A DNA stretch of 64,000 bases from Flavobacteriaceae bacterium (GTDB lineage: Bacteria > Bacteroidota > Bacteroidia > Flavobacteriales > Flavobacteriaceae): NCBI GenBank assembly GCA_015494075.1, contig WGBX01000079.1, positions 1,911-65,910 on the forward strand. Direction: 5' to 3'. Each line of letters begins with the position of its first letter. Within the stretch, counting starts at the first letter, position 1. Below are positions 9,571 to 19,014 of this stretch, piece by piece. A program made the position numbers and the translations under genes. The notes beneath the pieces are model-generated. The model did not search any database. It saw only the letters and a program-made list of their open reading frames with translations, and was not told the origin of the DNA.

Positions 9571-9602
9571 AAAAAGCTACAACCAAATGGTCGTAGCTTT
9601 TT
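9571..9602. terminator. Bidirectional hairpin terminator between recN and the lipoprotein gene
   Basis: AAAAAGCTACAACC-AAAT-GGTCGTAGCTTTTT. The stem is 14 bp with one mismatch, and the A/T runs serve either direction. Confidence 0.7.
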
Positions 9603-9622
9603 GAAAATTAACTAATAATTTT

Positions 9623-10687
9623 TTATTCTTCTATATGAAAAGCTATGTCTCCGGGAATGAGCCCTAAAGTTTTGGTGCCAATTTGTTGTCCACTAGCTAA
9701 ATCAAAACCGGTAATAGTACCTTCTTGCTGATAATCCAATGCATCAGTTATATACAGTTTGCCATTATAAGCTTCCATATTGTAAGCTGCACCATTATAG
9801 CTCAAAAATTCAGTAGCAGGTAAATCTGTGACTGTTACAGGCATTTGATAAACTTTTGAGTCTAAATAATAATATAAGTTGTCTCTATCTAAACTTAAAA
9901 ATGCAGGATGCTCAGTAGTCTCAAAATTAAAAATAGCATCAATATTAAAATTATTATTTATATCTATTTTATATAATTGACCGGCTGTTTCATTTCCTGT
10001 CCAAGATGGTTCGCCACCACATAATACCCAAAGATAATTATCCTTAATAACCATTGAGTTAGGACGATCACCAACATTTAGCACATTTATAATCTTATTC
10101 AAAATCATATCATAAACACTTACTTTATTATTAGTGCCCCAAGCACCTTGATGGGCAATAAATAAATAATCATCATTTTTTACCATTTTTTCAGGTCCTA
10201 GTTCGACAGGAATTTGCCCGGAAACTTCATTGGTATTCAAATTGACAATAGCTAAGTAATCATCTGTAGATACACTCGGGTCGCCCCAGCAAGTAACCAA
10301 AGCCGTAGATGTACTTATAGTTTCAAAGTATCGTGGATTTGTTAAGCCACTGGCAATGGTAACTATTTTTTCCATAGTACCTGCATCAGTCACTTCTATT
10401 TTATTTGATCCAGTTACAACAATATAAGCATTTTCATCAGTAAAACCTATTGATTGTGCTTGGTCACCCAAATCAGCATTATTAACGGTTTTATAAATAT
10501 CATTTTGTACTACTGCAAGTTGTTCATCTGTAAAGCTCAAACTGGCATTGCCATGCATAAATTGCCCTTCATTGACTACAAAAATCCCACTGACAAAGTC
10601 GCCCGGGTCGTCTTCAATAGTATCTTTTTCACAAGCGGATAAGCCTATAAGTAAGCTAAGTAATAAGAATAAATTAATTTTCTTCAT
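9623..10687 (-). CDS. Surface lipoprotein, predicted beta-propeller (YncE/DUF5074-like; BtuG-like by position)
   Basis: Lipoprotein signal peptide with lipobox (LLIGLSAC). GIFVVNEGQFMHGNASLS is followed by repeated beta-rich blades. It sits 10 nt downstream of the B12-riboswitch-controlled TonB-dependent receptor. Confidence 0.5.
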   Translation of the reverse strand: MKKINLFLLLSLLIGLSACEKDTIEDDPGDFVSGIFVVNEGQFMHGNASLSFTDEQLAVVQNDIYKTVNNADLGDQAQSIGFTDENAYIVVTGSNKIEVTDAGTMEKIVTIASGLTNPRYFETISTSTALVTCWGDPSVSTDDYLAIVNLNTNEVSGQIPVELGPEKMVKNDDYLFIAHQGAWGTNNKVSVYDMILNKIINVLNVGDRPNSMVIKDNYLWVLCGGEPSWTGNETAGQLYKIDINNNFNIDAIFNFETTEHPAFLSLDRDNLYYYLDSKVYQMPVTVTDLPATEFLSYNGAAYNMEAYNGKLYITDALDYQQEGTITGFDLASGQQIGTKTLGLIPGDIAFHIEE

Positions 10688-10697
10688 AGTATTGATT

Positions 10698-12518
10698 TTA
10701 TAGTTTAAAATTTAATGTAATTTCATAAGAACGTCCGGGTAATGGCCGGCTCGGTATAGTTTCGTAATAAGTATTAAAAATGTTTTTTAAAGATAAAGTT
10801 GACTGCCAATGTGTATTTAATCTAAAAGCCAAAGATAAGTCATGTAATTGATATGACGGCAAATATTTTGTATTTGTAGTCGTTGTATAAATTTTTCCTT
10901 GATAATGAAAATGGTATGCCAATTGACATTTCCGATAACTAAATCTTAAATTGTTATTCCCTAAAAGTTGTGGTGTAAACGGTAACAGTTTTTGAGTCTC
11001 ATTATTTAATACTTTATGATAATTCAAACTCAGCTCATCTTCTAAAGTCCAGTTTTTAAATAAAGTAGTAAAAACCGATATCGTAGTTTCTACGCCTTGT
11101 GATGTAACCGTTTCAAAATTTTGAGGCTGCCAAAAATCACCTGAAACAGGCACCCATTTTATCAGATTTGAGGTATGGATATAAAATAGGGTTGTATTAA
11201 TCTTAAAATGCGGAAAAAATATGTCATAGCCTATTTCTCCGGCATAGCTATCTTCTGGATTTAAATCCGGATTGCCTCCGGGCTGCCAATAAAGATCGTT
11301 AAAGGTAGGTAACCTGAAATTATGTGACACATTGGCTCTTATTTTATGAGTATTAGACAATTTGTATACCCATTCAGCTGCACCTGTTAACGGCCCGGTT
11401 TGCACACTATTAAAGTCTTTACGCAGTTTTAATTGTGTTAACCAGCGGGCGTTGTTTTTAGACCAAATAAAAAACACAGCATAATTATGTCTAGTATGTC
11501 GCTTAATATAATCTCCCTCGCCTATTTGTGCCTGCCATTCATTCCCTAATAAAATTTTATTTTGATGTGGCAATTGCCACAAAGTCACATTTTTTAAGAG
11601 TAACCGTTTGCTATTACTATCAGTATGTGCCTCTAAATATTTGTTATTATAATAACTAAAACTTTCATATAACCAAGCTACATCAAATTTAGTAGAGAAC
11701 AAATCCTTTTTATATTTCCAACCGGTCAATAAATATTGATTTGCTGTTTTTAAACGAGCATTTTCGGGCATATATAAAGTGCGTGAAGTTTCTCTATCCC
11801 AATTAGAAATTTTAGATTTAAAATACCATTGTTGATATGTATTTATTTTATATCCCGCTATTACACCATAATCAATACCTTGATAAGCGCCGTTTTCATT
11901 TTTTACATTATACCCGGGATATGGATAATCATTTTTAGACTTTTGAAATTGGCCTTTAAATTTGAAATAAAGTTGCTGTGTACTATTTTCTACACGCAAT
12001 GTATTAACCAAAGTTTCAAAACTTCCTAACTTACTCTGATTTTGCAAATTAAATTTTTGATCAAATTTAATACGATCTTCAAATACCAATACCCCTCCGA
12101 TGGCACCACTTCCAAAACTCACACTACTTCCTCCCTTTTTAATATATATAGTCTCAAAACCTGCTGGTGAAAATGTGTTCAAATCTGTTTGACCGTTTAA
12201 AACAGAATTGCCGGATATCCCATTCCAAACAATTTGAGTATGACTTGTACCTGTACCTCTTAAACTGATGCCGGCAATCATGCCACGACCATATTCTTTA
12301 TAAAAAACAGCTGTTTTATTAAAGAGCAAATCAGTTAAAGTTGAAGTGGTAAGTAAAGTGTCTTTTAAAGTAATTAAATGATAAGCCTTATGCCATTTTT
12401 TAGATGTTAGGGCAGTAATATGAATTGAGTCTAAAACATAAAGACTCTTAATTTTTGTTTGCGCTGTGATGGAAGAAAATATTCCAATAAAAAAAATAAA
12501 AATAACTACTTTATACAT
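10698..12518 (-). CDS. btuB: TonB-dependent outer-membrane receptor, BtuB-like (cobalamin)
   Basis: Signal peptide, plug region (GISLRGTGTSHTQIVWNGI), about 600 aa like BtuB, and a beta-barrel C-terminus (SYEITLNFKL). It is the first gene after a cobalamin riboswitch. Confidence 0.75.
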   Translation of the reverse strand: MYKVVIFIFFIGIFSSITAQTKIKSLYVLDSIHITALTSKKWHKAYHLITLKDTLLTTSTLTDLLFNKTAVFYKEYGRGMIAGISLRGTGTSHTQIVWNGISGNSVLNGQTDLNTFSPAGFETIYIKKGGSSVSFGSGAIGGVLVFEDRIKFDQKFNLQNQSKLGSFETLVNTLRVENSTQQLYFKFKGQFQKSKNDYPYPGYNVKNENGAYQGIDYGVIAGYKINTYQQWYFKSKISNWDRETSRTLYMPENARLKTANQYLLTGWKYKKDLFSTKFDVAWLYESFSYYNNKYLEAHTDSNSKRLLLKNVTLWQLPHQNKILLGNEWQAQIGEGDYIKRHTRHNYAVFFIWSKNNARWLTQLKLRKDFNSVQTGPLTGAAEWVYKLSNTHKIRANVSHNFRLPTFNDLYWQPGGNPDLNPEDSYAGEIGYDIFFPHFKINTTLFYIHTSNLIKWVPVSGDFWQPQNFETVTSQGVETTISVFTTLFKNWTLEDELSLNYHKVLNNETQKLLPFTPQLLGNNNLRFSYRKCQLAYHFHYQGKIYTTTTNTKYLPSYQLHDLSLAFRLNTHWQSTLSLKNIFNTYYETIPSRPLPGRSYEITLNFKL

Positions 12519-12539
12519 TTGTTTTTTTCCTTTCCGCCG

Positions 12540-12720
12540 AAGGATTATAATTTAAATTAAGGTTTAGCAGGTCTCCTGGCTTGCGTCTTATACCGGGCCT
12601 TCCCATCTTTTTATAGACAGTGGCATTAGCATAGGTATAAGCTTAATAGCTTACAGTTGCGGGGACAGCTTAGGATTTTCACCTAATTCCCTTTTCATTT
12701 CATCTAAGGATGAAAACTAA
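12540..12720 (-). promoter_or_regulatory. Cobalamin (B12) riboswitch
   Basis: The minus strand reads GGGAATTAGGTGAAAATCCTAAGCTGTCCCCGCAACTGTAAG ... GCCACTGTC ... GGGAAGGCCCGG ... AAGCCAGGAGACCTGC. The last element is the B12 box (plus-strand 12567-12583). All conserved core elements occur in the canonical order. Confidence 0.85.
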
Positions 12721-12727
12721 ACCGTGA

Positions 12728-12735
12728 CAAATATA
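12728..12735 (-). promoter_or_regulatory. Candidate -7 promoter box (TATATTTG) for the riboswitch-btuB operon
   Basis: Exact TAnnTTTG on the minus strand, immediately upstream of the riboswitch 5' end. Confidence 0.5.
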
Positions 12736-12834
12736 AATATTTTTTTGAAATAGATGCTCTGATAAACTATTTATTCAAAGTCAAGTATCTGCTTTTGGAT
12801 TAATTTTTCTATTTTAGCTTAAAAAATAAGCGAC

Positions 12835-13572
12835 ATGTATCTTGAAACTATAGGGAAATATTCTTTAATGCTTAAAGAAGTCTTTAAACGGCCCCAAAAA
12901 CCCAAAATATTTTGGGAAAATTATTTTAAAGAAGTTGATGATTTGGGTATAAAATCCATTGGACTAGTGAGTTTTATTTCCTTTTTTATCGGTGGCGTTG
13001 TTACCATTCAAACTGCCCGAAATTTAAGCAATCCTCTAATTGATAAAATGTATATTGGTTATGCAACTATAAAATCAATAGTTTTAGAATTTTCACCCAC
13101 GTTTATTTCTATTATCCTAGCAGGTATTGTTGGTTCATATATTGCATCTACTATTGGCACCATGCGCATTACCGAGCAAATAGACGCTTTAGATGTAATG
13201 GGCGTTAACTCCTTAAACTATTTAGTTCTGCCAAAACTCATAGCAGCCATCACTTTCTATCCATTTTTAATTACAATAAGTATGTTTTTAGGCGTATTTG
13301 GTGGTTGGGTTGTCGGCGATTTAACAGGTATGGTCTTATCTCATGACTATTTGAAAGGCATTCGTTATACCTTTGAAAGTTTTGACATTTGGTATGCTTT
13401 GATCAAAACGGTAGTTTTTGCATTCTTTATTGCTACTATTCCCTCTTTTTACGGCTATTATGTAAAAGGTGGCTCTTTAGAAGTAGGACGCGCAGCCACC
13501 CAAGCAGTCATTTGGACTAGTGTTAATATCATTATTTTCAACTATATTTTAACCCAATTACTTTTAAGTTAA
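12835..13572 (+). CDS. mlaE: MlaE-family ABC transporter permease
   Basis: About 245 aa, multi-pass, with the MlaE/Ttg2B-like motif MRITEQIDALDVMGVN. It is followed immediately by its ATPase. Confidence 0.8.
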   Translation: MYLETIGKYSLMLKEVFKRPQKPKIFWENYFKEVDDLGIKSIGLVSFISFFIGGVVTIQTARNLSNPLIDKMYIGYATIKSIVLEFSPTFISIILAGIVGSYIASTIGTMRITEQIDALDVMGVNSLNYLVLPKLIAAITFYPFLITISMFLGVFGGWVVGDLTGMVLSHDYLKGIRYTFESFDIWYALIKTVVFAFFIATIPSFYGYYVKGGSLEVGRAATQAVIWTSVNIIIFNYILTQLLLS

Positions 13573-14346
13573 ATGATTGAAGTAAAAAATTTATATAAAT
13601 CTTTTGATGGCAAACCTGTTTTAAAGGATATTTCAGCAATCTTTGAAACAGGAAAAACCAATATGATTATAGGGAGAAGCGGATCCGGAAAAACTGTTTT
13701 TTTAAAGACAATGTTAGGCCTTATCCAACCTGATAAGGGGACAATATCCTTTGATGGTCGTATCTGGGAAAATCTAAATTTAGAGGAACAAAGACAAATA
13801 AGGAAAGAAGTTGGTGTTGTTTTTCAAGGTAATGCCCTGTTTGATTCGATGACTATCGAAGAAAATATCAAGTTCCCAATGCGTATGTTTACTAATCTAA
13901 CAACTGATGAAAAAAAAGCGCGTGTCAATGAAGTTTTGTCTCAAGTAAATTTAGAAGGCGTAAATGATAAATTTCCTGCTGAAATATCCGGCGGTATGCA
14001 AAAACGAGTGGCATTAGCACGTGCAATTGTTTTATATCCAAAATATCTTTTTTGTGATGAACCCAACTCCGGTCTCGATCCAAAAACTGCTATTATTATT
14101 GATAATTTAATACATGACCTTACTGTACGATATAATACGACAACTGTAATCAACACACATGATATGAATTCGATTATGGAAATAGGTGAAAAAATTATTC
14201 TCCTAAAAGACGGTTATAAACAATGGGAAGGCGACAAATCTCAAATATTTTTTACAAAAAACCCTGATCTAAACGATTTTGTTTTTTCATCCTCTTTATT
14301 CCGAAAAGTAAAAGAACTAGTACAAAAAGAAGGAAAATTTGAGTAA
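13573..14346 (+). CDS. mlaF: MlaF-like ABC transporter ATP-binding protein
   Basis: Walker A GRSGSGKT, ABC signature ISGGMQKRVALARA, Walker B LFCDEP. The start abuts the mlaE stop. Confidence 0.85.
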   Translation: MIEVKNLYKSFDGKPVLKDISAIFETGKTNMIIGRSGSGKTVFLKTMLGLIQPDKGTISFDGRIWENLNLEEQRQIRKEVGVVFQGNALFDSMTIEENIKFPMRMFTNLTTDEKKARVNEVLSQVNLEGVNDKFPAEISGGMQKRVALARAIVLYPKYLFCDEPNSGLDPKTAIIIDNLIHDLTVRYNTTTVINTHDMNSIMEIGEKIILLKDGYKQWEGDKSQIFFTKNPDLNDFVFSSSLFRKVKELVQKEGKFE

Positions 14347-15091
14347 AATATCTATAAATATGTGGCAAGAACGGACAGCATTACTGTTAAATAAAAAAAA
14401 ACTTAATAAACTTAAACATGCCCATGTACTAGTTGTCGGTTTGGGAGGAGTCGGCTCTTTTGCTGCCGAATTTTTAGCTAGAAGCGGTGTAGGCAACATA
14501 ACTATTGCCGATGGTGATAACATAGATTTAACTAATATTAACCGACAACTACCTGCATTGCACTCTACAATTGGCCAGCAAAAAACAACAGTAATGGCAC
14601 AAAGACTAAAAGATATAAATCCGGAAATAAACCTAAAAGTTATTGACCGTTTTTTACAACCGGAAGAATTTGAACCTTTACTTGCCCAACAGTCATTTAA
14701 TTATATCATAGATGCAATAGATAGTGTTTCTCCTAAAATTTATTTAATTCTAGCCGCTAAGCGGCATAAAATTAAAATTGTTTCTGCAATGGGTGCCGGT
14801 GGTAAAACAGATCCTTCTAAAGTAACAGTCAAAGATATTTCAAAAACAAGAGATGATTTTTTAGCACGTGTTATTCGCAAACGTCTCCGAAAAAAAGGCT
14901 TGCAAAAAGGAGTAAAATGTGTTTACTCGACCGAACTACAAAATCCGGATGCCTTACAAATGACCGAAAATACGGAATTTAAAAAATCACATTATGGTAC
15001 CATTAGTTATATGCCGGCTATATTTGGTTTATATGCCGCCGCAACGGTTATAAATTATCTTATTGAAGAAAACAAAGAAATTAAACACTAA
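14339..15091 (+). CDS. tcdA: tRNA cyclic t6A dehydratase TcdA (ThiF/E1-like)
   Basis: VLVVGLGGVGSFAAEFLARSGVGNITIADGDNIDLTNINRQ matches my recollection of E. coli TcdA. The TTG start at 14339 gives MSKISINMW, which aligns in length with E. coli MSVVISDAW. An alternative ATG lies at 14360. Confidence 0.8.
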   Translation: MSKISINMWQERTALLLNKKKLNKLKHAHVLVVGLGGVGSFAAEFLARSGVGNITIADGDNIDLTNINRQLPALHSTIGQQKTTVMAQRLKDINPEINLKVIDRFLQPEEFEPLLAQQSFNYIIDAIDSVSPKIYLILAAKRHKIKIVSAMGAGGKTDPSKVTVKDISKTRDDFLARVIRKRLRKKGLQKGVKCVYSTELQNPDALQMTENTEFKKSHYGTISYMPAIFGLYAAATVINYLIEENKEIKH

Positions 15092-15717
15092 AAGCTTAGG
15101 TTTGCTTTTTGCAAATTTATTTCAGGTGGCTCTTTCCACTTAATATTACAACCTATGCTGGGTTTTTGTTCCGCCTCAGGCATAACCTTACCCTTTAACA
15201 GTAAATCCAAAGCACGGCGTATATCCTGACCATCATTTGGTAAATTATTTTTAGGCGTACTAGCATCCATACGACCACGGTAAACCAACTGATCATTATC
15301 ATCAAAGACATAAAAATCGGGCGTACAAGCTGCTTGGTATGCCTTGGCTACCGATTGCGTTTCATCATACAAATAAGGAAATGTATAACCTACTTTTCTA
15401 GCTTGCTCTGTCATCAATTCAGGAGCATCTTGCGGATAGTTTTCTATATCATTAGAACTAATGGCAACAAAACCAATACCTTTATCTTGGTAAGTTTTGG
15501 CTATATCAACAATTTGATCGTTGACATGAAGGACATAAGGACAATGGTTGCAAATAAACATTACAACTGTACCTTTGTCACCTTTTATATCTTTAAAACT
15601 CTTTTTTTTTCCTGATACTGTATCAAATAATTTAAAATCAGGCGCTTTTGTTTTTAACGGAAGCATATTAGATGGTGTGGCTGCCATAGTCTTATTTTTT
15701 GTGCTAAAATAAAGCAT
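15088..15717 (-). CDS. Thioredoxin-fold protein (AhpC/TSA-like) with CNHC active site
   Basis: APDFKLFD...GTVVMFICNHCPYV thioredoxin/peroxiredoxin-like motif. An alternative start lies at 15687 (MAATPS). Confidence 0.7.
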   Translation of the reverse strand: MLYFSTKNKTMAATPSNMLPLKTKAPDFKLFDTVSGKKKSFKDIKGDKGTVVMFICNHCPYVLHVNDQIVDIAKTYQDKGIGFVAISSNDIENYPQDAPELMTEQARKVGYTFPYLYDETQSVAKAYQAACTPDFYVFDDNDQLVYRGRMDASTPKNNLPNDGQDIRRALDLLLKGKVMPEAEQKPSIGCNIKWKEPPEINLQKANLSF

Positions 15718-15744
15718 ATTGTCATAGCAGTCAAAAAAAATCGA

Positions 15745-15752
15745 TATTTTTG
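15745..15752 (+). promoter_or_regulatory. Candidate -7 promoter box (TATTTTTG) for menD
   Basis: TAnnTTTG match 20 nt upstream of the ATG at 15773. Confidence 0.45.
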
Positions 15753-15772
15753 TATACTGATTTTCAGAATAT

Positions 15773-17443
15773 ATGCAAAAACATTCAAATAAATTTACAG
15801 CCCAAGCCCTTTCGGAAAGCCTAAAAGCAGCACAAATTAAGGATATTATTATTTCACCCGGATCTAGAAATGCACCTTTAATTATAGAGCTTACAAATCA
15901 AGATTTTTTTAATCATTATAGTATTATTGATGAAAGAAGTGCCGGATTTGTTGCGCTTGGCATGGCACAACAAACCGGACAACCAGCAGTATTGGTTTGC
16001 ACTTCGGGTTCTGCACTTTTAAATTATTATCCGGCAATTGCCGAAGCTTTTTACAGTCATATTCCACTAATTATCGTTAGTGCTGACCGACCTCAAAAAT
16101 GGGTTGATCAAGGCGAAGGACAAACCATCAGGCAAGATAGAGTTTTTGAAAAGCATTCATGGTATAATGTCACTTTAAGTGAAAATGGGCTTCCCGAAGA
16201 CCTCAATAATATCAAAAATGCTATTGAAACAGCTATTGACAAACAAGGACCTGTTCATATCAATATGCCTTTTGACGAACCTTTATATGAAATATCCGGG
16301 AGTATAAATTTTGCTTCTCCTAATATAAAGACAAAATTTGAAGATCTTATTTATCCGGTACCTTTTTTAGAAAAATTTGAAAGAAAATGGCAAAATGCCC
16401 AAAAAAAAATGATTTTGGTGGGGCAGCATAAACCCTCAAAATTTTTGCAATTACAACTTGAAAAATTGGCTGATGACCCATCGGTAATAATTTTAAATGA
16501 AAATATTTCAAATGTAAAACACAAGCGTTTTATTAATAATATCGATCAAGTTATTTTCAATTTAACATTAGATGAACTGGAAAAACTCAAGCCTGAAATT
16601 TTGATTACAATCGGTCGTAATTTTGTTTCAAAAAAGGTTAAGAAATTTTTAAGAGCCCATAAACCACAAGAACATTGGCATATTGAAAAAACCAATTTGC
16701 CACCAAATACTTTTAACGCTTTAACACAACATTTTGACACCTCAGCCGAAATGTTTTTGAGTCAATTTTTATTTTTGATAAAAGCTTTAAAATCATCTGA
16801 TTATCAACAAAAATGGTTAAAAATAAAAAAGAAAAAGAAAATACAACATAAAAAATTTTTACAACAAACCGGTTTTTCCGATTTAAAAGTTTTTGATCTA
16901 ATAAGTCATAACATACCGAGTCCTTATAAAGTCCAATGGGGAAACAGTTCTACAATTCGGTATGCGCAATTATTTGATTATACTTCCGGCATTCAGCACT
17001 TTGCCAACAGAGGTGCCAGCGGCATAGATGGTAGTAGTTCAACAGCTATTGGTGCACATCTAAAATCAGATTTGCCTGTTTTGCTAATTAGCGGTGACAT
17101 ATCTTTTTTATATGACAGTAATGCTCTGTGGCAAAAATACACACATCCGAATTTTAAAATAATAGTGATTAATAATGGTGGTGGAGATATTTTTAATTTC
17201 ATTCCCGGTCCGTCCAATACACAAGCTTTAAATAATTTTTTTGTAACAAAACACCGGTATCATATGAAAAAACTTGCTGATATGTATCGTTTCTCTTATA
17301 AAAGAGTTGACAACTTATCTGATCTGACTGCTGCTTTAAAAATATTTTTTAGCAACAATACGCAAGCACAAATTTTAGAGATTGATACTCAAAAAATTAA
17401 TAATGCAGCTATTTTAAAAGATTACTTTAAATTTTTATCTTGA
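15773..17443 (+). CDS. menD: SEPHCHC synthase MenD (menaquinone biosynthesis)
   Basis: TPP enzyme with N-terminal ISPGSRNAPL...DERSAGFVALG and C-terminal GASGIDG...GDISFLYD...NNGGG motifs characteristic of MenD. Confidence 0.9.
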   Translation: MQKHSNKFTAQALSESLKAAQIKDIIISPGSRNAPLIIELTNQDFFNHYSIIDERSAGFVALGMAQQTGQPAVLVCTSGSALLNYYPAIAEAFYSHIPLIIVSADRPQKWVDQGEGQTIRQDRVFEKHSWYNVTLSENGLPEDLNNIKNAIETAIDKQGPVHINMPFDEPLYEISGSINFASPNIKTKFEDLIYPVPFLEKFERKWQNAQKKMILVGQHKPSKFLQLQLEKLADDPSVIILNENISNVKHKRFINNIDQVIFNLTLDELEKLKPEILITIGRNFVSKKVKKFLRAHKPQEHWHIEKTNLPPNTFNALTQHFDTSAEMFLSQFLFLIKALKSSDYQQKWLKIKKKKKIQHKKFLQQTGFSDLKVFDLISHNIPSPYKVQWGNSSTIRYAQLFDYTSGIQHFANRGASGIDGSSSTAIGAHLKSDLPVLLISGDISFLYDSNALWQKYTHPNFKIIVINNGGGDIFNFIPGPSNTQALNNFFVTKHRYHMKKLADMYRFSYKRVDNLSDLTAALKIFFSNNTQAQILEIDTQKINNAAILKDYFKFLS

Positions 17444-19014
17444 TCTTTTTTATCAGGAATTTTGCTCATTCCATATTCAGTTAATGCAGTTATAGTTGCA
17501 GAAGGGTTAACTCCGGGGTTTGCTGATATGCTTGATCCGTCAAAAATATATAAGTTTTGATATCCAAAAACTTTATGATCTTTATCAATAACGCCTTCTT
17601 CTGCATTTTTTCCCATACAAGCACCTCCCAAAATATGAGCCGTTGAGGGAATGCCTGAAATAGATTCTGTAAACAAAACTTGTGGAATAGCCTTAATGTT
17701 TTTTGAAAATTGACGGGCAAAATCTAATGCCTCCGGAATAAAAGCTGTCGGAGATGATTCATTCCTATCTACTTGGGTTGACAAACCCCACCTGGATCTT
17801 TTTAGTTGAATCGTACTGTCTAAATGTTGCATAAAGAGTAATACTGTACTGCTTGCTGCAAAATCCTGAGTTAAAAAAATCTTTAACTTAACAGGTATCA
17901 GACGTATGAGTTTCAGAAGCAATTTAGCATTCCTTTTCAAAAAATTCTTTTCATTAACCAATGGTACAATCAATGGACCCCAAACACCACTTCCTTTACC
18001 GTATCTTACAGGTTCGATATGTGTATTCTTGTCATAAGTTAAAATAGAACCAATTGCAATACCTTTAGACATTTGATTTACAAATGTACCTTTATAAACA
18101 GTCGAAAATATTAAAGATTCATTATTTGTACGCACCATTTTACCTAGTTGAGGACTCAAGTGTGGTAATCTGTTCTTTTTTAATTTTAATAATAGAGGAA
18201 TAGTTCCTAGAACACCACCGGAAAAAATAACAGCTTTTGCCCTAACAGATTTAGAACGACTGAAATATTTGGTGGATTTTTTAAAGACAACATCATAACC
18301 TTTTTCACCATTTTCATCAATTGGTATAAGATCTATTACCTCATGTTCTGCTAATATTTCTGCACCATTTTTTTTAGCCAGATATAAATAGTTTTTATCT
18401 AATGAATTTTTAGCATTATACTTACAGCCTGTCATACAAGCACCACAAAAATTACAACCTGAGCGCGTTGGTCCTTTTCCTTTAAAATAAGGATCTGGAA
18501 CTTGTTTATCCGGCTGCCCGAAATATATTCCCACCTTTGCAGGCTTAAATTTTTTACCTTTTTGTTCAGCTATTTTTTTTAAAGCCAAATCGGCAGGTCC
18601 TAAATAAGGATTATTTACTGCTCCTAACATTTTCCAAGCCAATTCGTAATATGGTGATAATTTTTTTACCCAGTCATCTATATCTTTCCAAGATCCTTGT
18701 TTAAAAAAATCTTTTTTGGGTTTAGGTAAAGTATTAGCATACACCAAAGAACCGCCACCGACTCCAACACCACTCATTATAGAAATATGCCGTAAAAAAG
18801 TTAATTTTTGAATACCAAACATTTTTAATGACGGAACCCAAAGCCATTTGCGTAAATACCAATTATTTTTAGCAAAGTCATTAGGTTTAAAATGTTTGCC
18901 TTTTTCAATTACCAAAACACGATATTTTTTTTCGCTTAAACGTAAAGCTGAAACAGAGCCACCAAATCCGGAGCCTATAATAACAAAATCATAAATTTGT
19001 TCTTTAAACTTCAT
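17422..19014 (-). CDS. GMC-family FAD oxidoreductase (cholesterol/alcohol oxidase-like) with internal Cys4 motif
   Basis: N-terminal Rossmann motif DFVIIGSGFGGSVSALRL..VLVIEKG and a C-terminal GMC region (HILGGACMG). CNFCGACMTGC lies at residues 187-197 (DNA 18424-18456). Confidence 0.85.
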   Translation of the reverse strand: MKFKEQIYDFVIIGSGFGGSVSALRLSEKKYRVLVIEKGKHFKPNDFAKNNWYLRKWLWVPSLKMFGIQKLTFLRHISIMSGVGVGGGSLVYANTLPKPKKDFFKQGSWKDIDDWVKKLSPYYELAWKMLGAVNNPYLGPADLALKKIAEQKGKKFKPAKVGIYFGQPDKQVPDPYFKGKGPTRSGCNFCGACMTGCKYNAKNSLDKNYLYLAKKNGAEILAEHEVIDLIPIDENGEKGYDVVFKKSTKYFSRSKSVRAKAVIFSGGVLGTIPLLLKLKKNRLPHLSPQLGKMVRTNNESLIFSTVYKGTFVNQMSKGIAIGSILTYDKNTHIEPVRYGKGSGVWGPLIVPLVNEKNFLKRNAKLLLKLIRLIPVKLKIFLTQDFAASSTVLLFMQHLDSTIQLKRSRWGLSTQVDRNESSPTAFIPEALDFARQFSKNIKAIPQVLFTESISGIPSTAHILGGACMGKNAEEGVIDKDHKVFGYQNLYIFDGSSISANPGVNPSATITALTEYGMSKIPDKKDQDKNLK

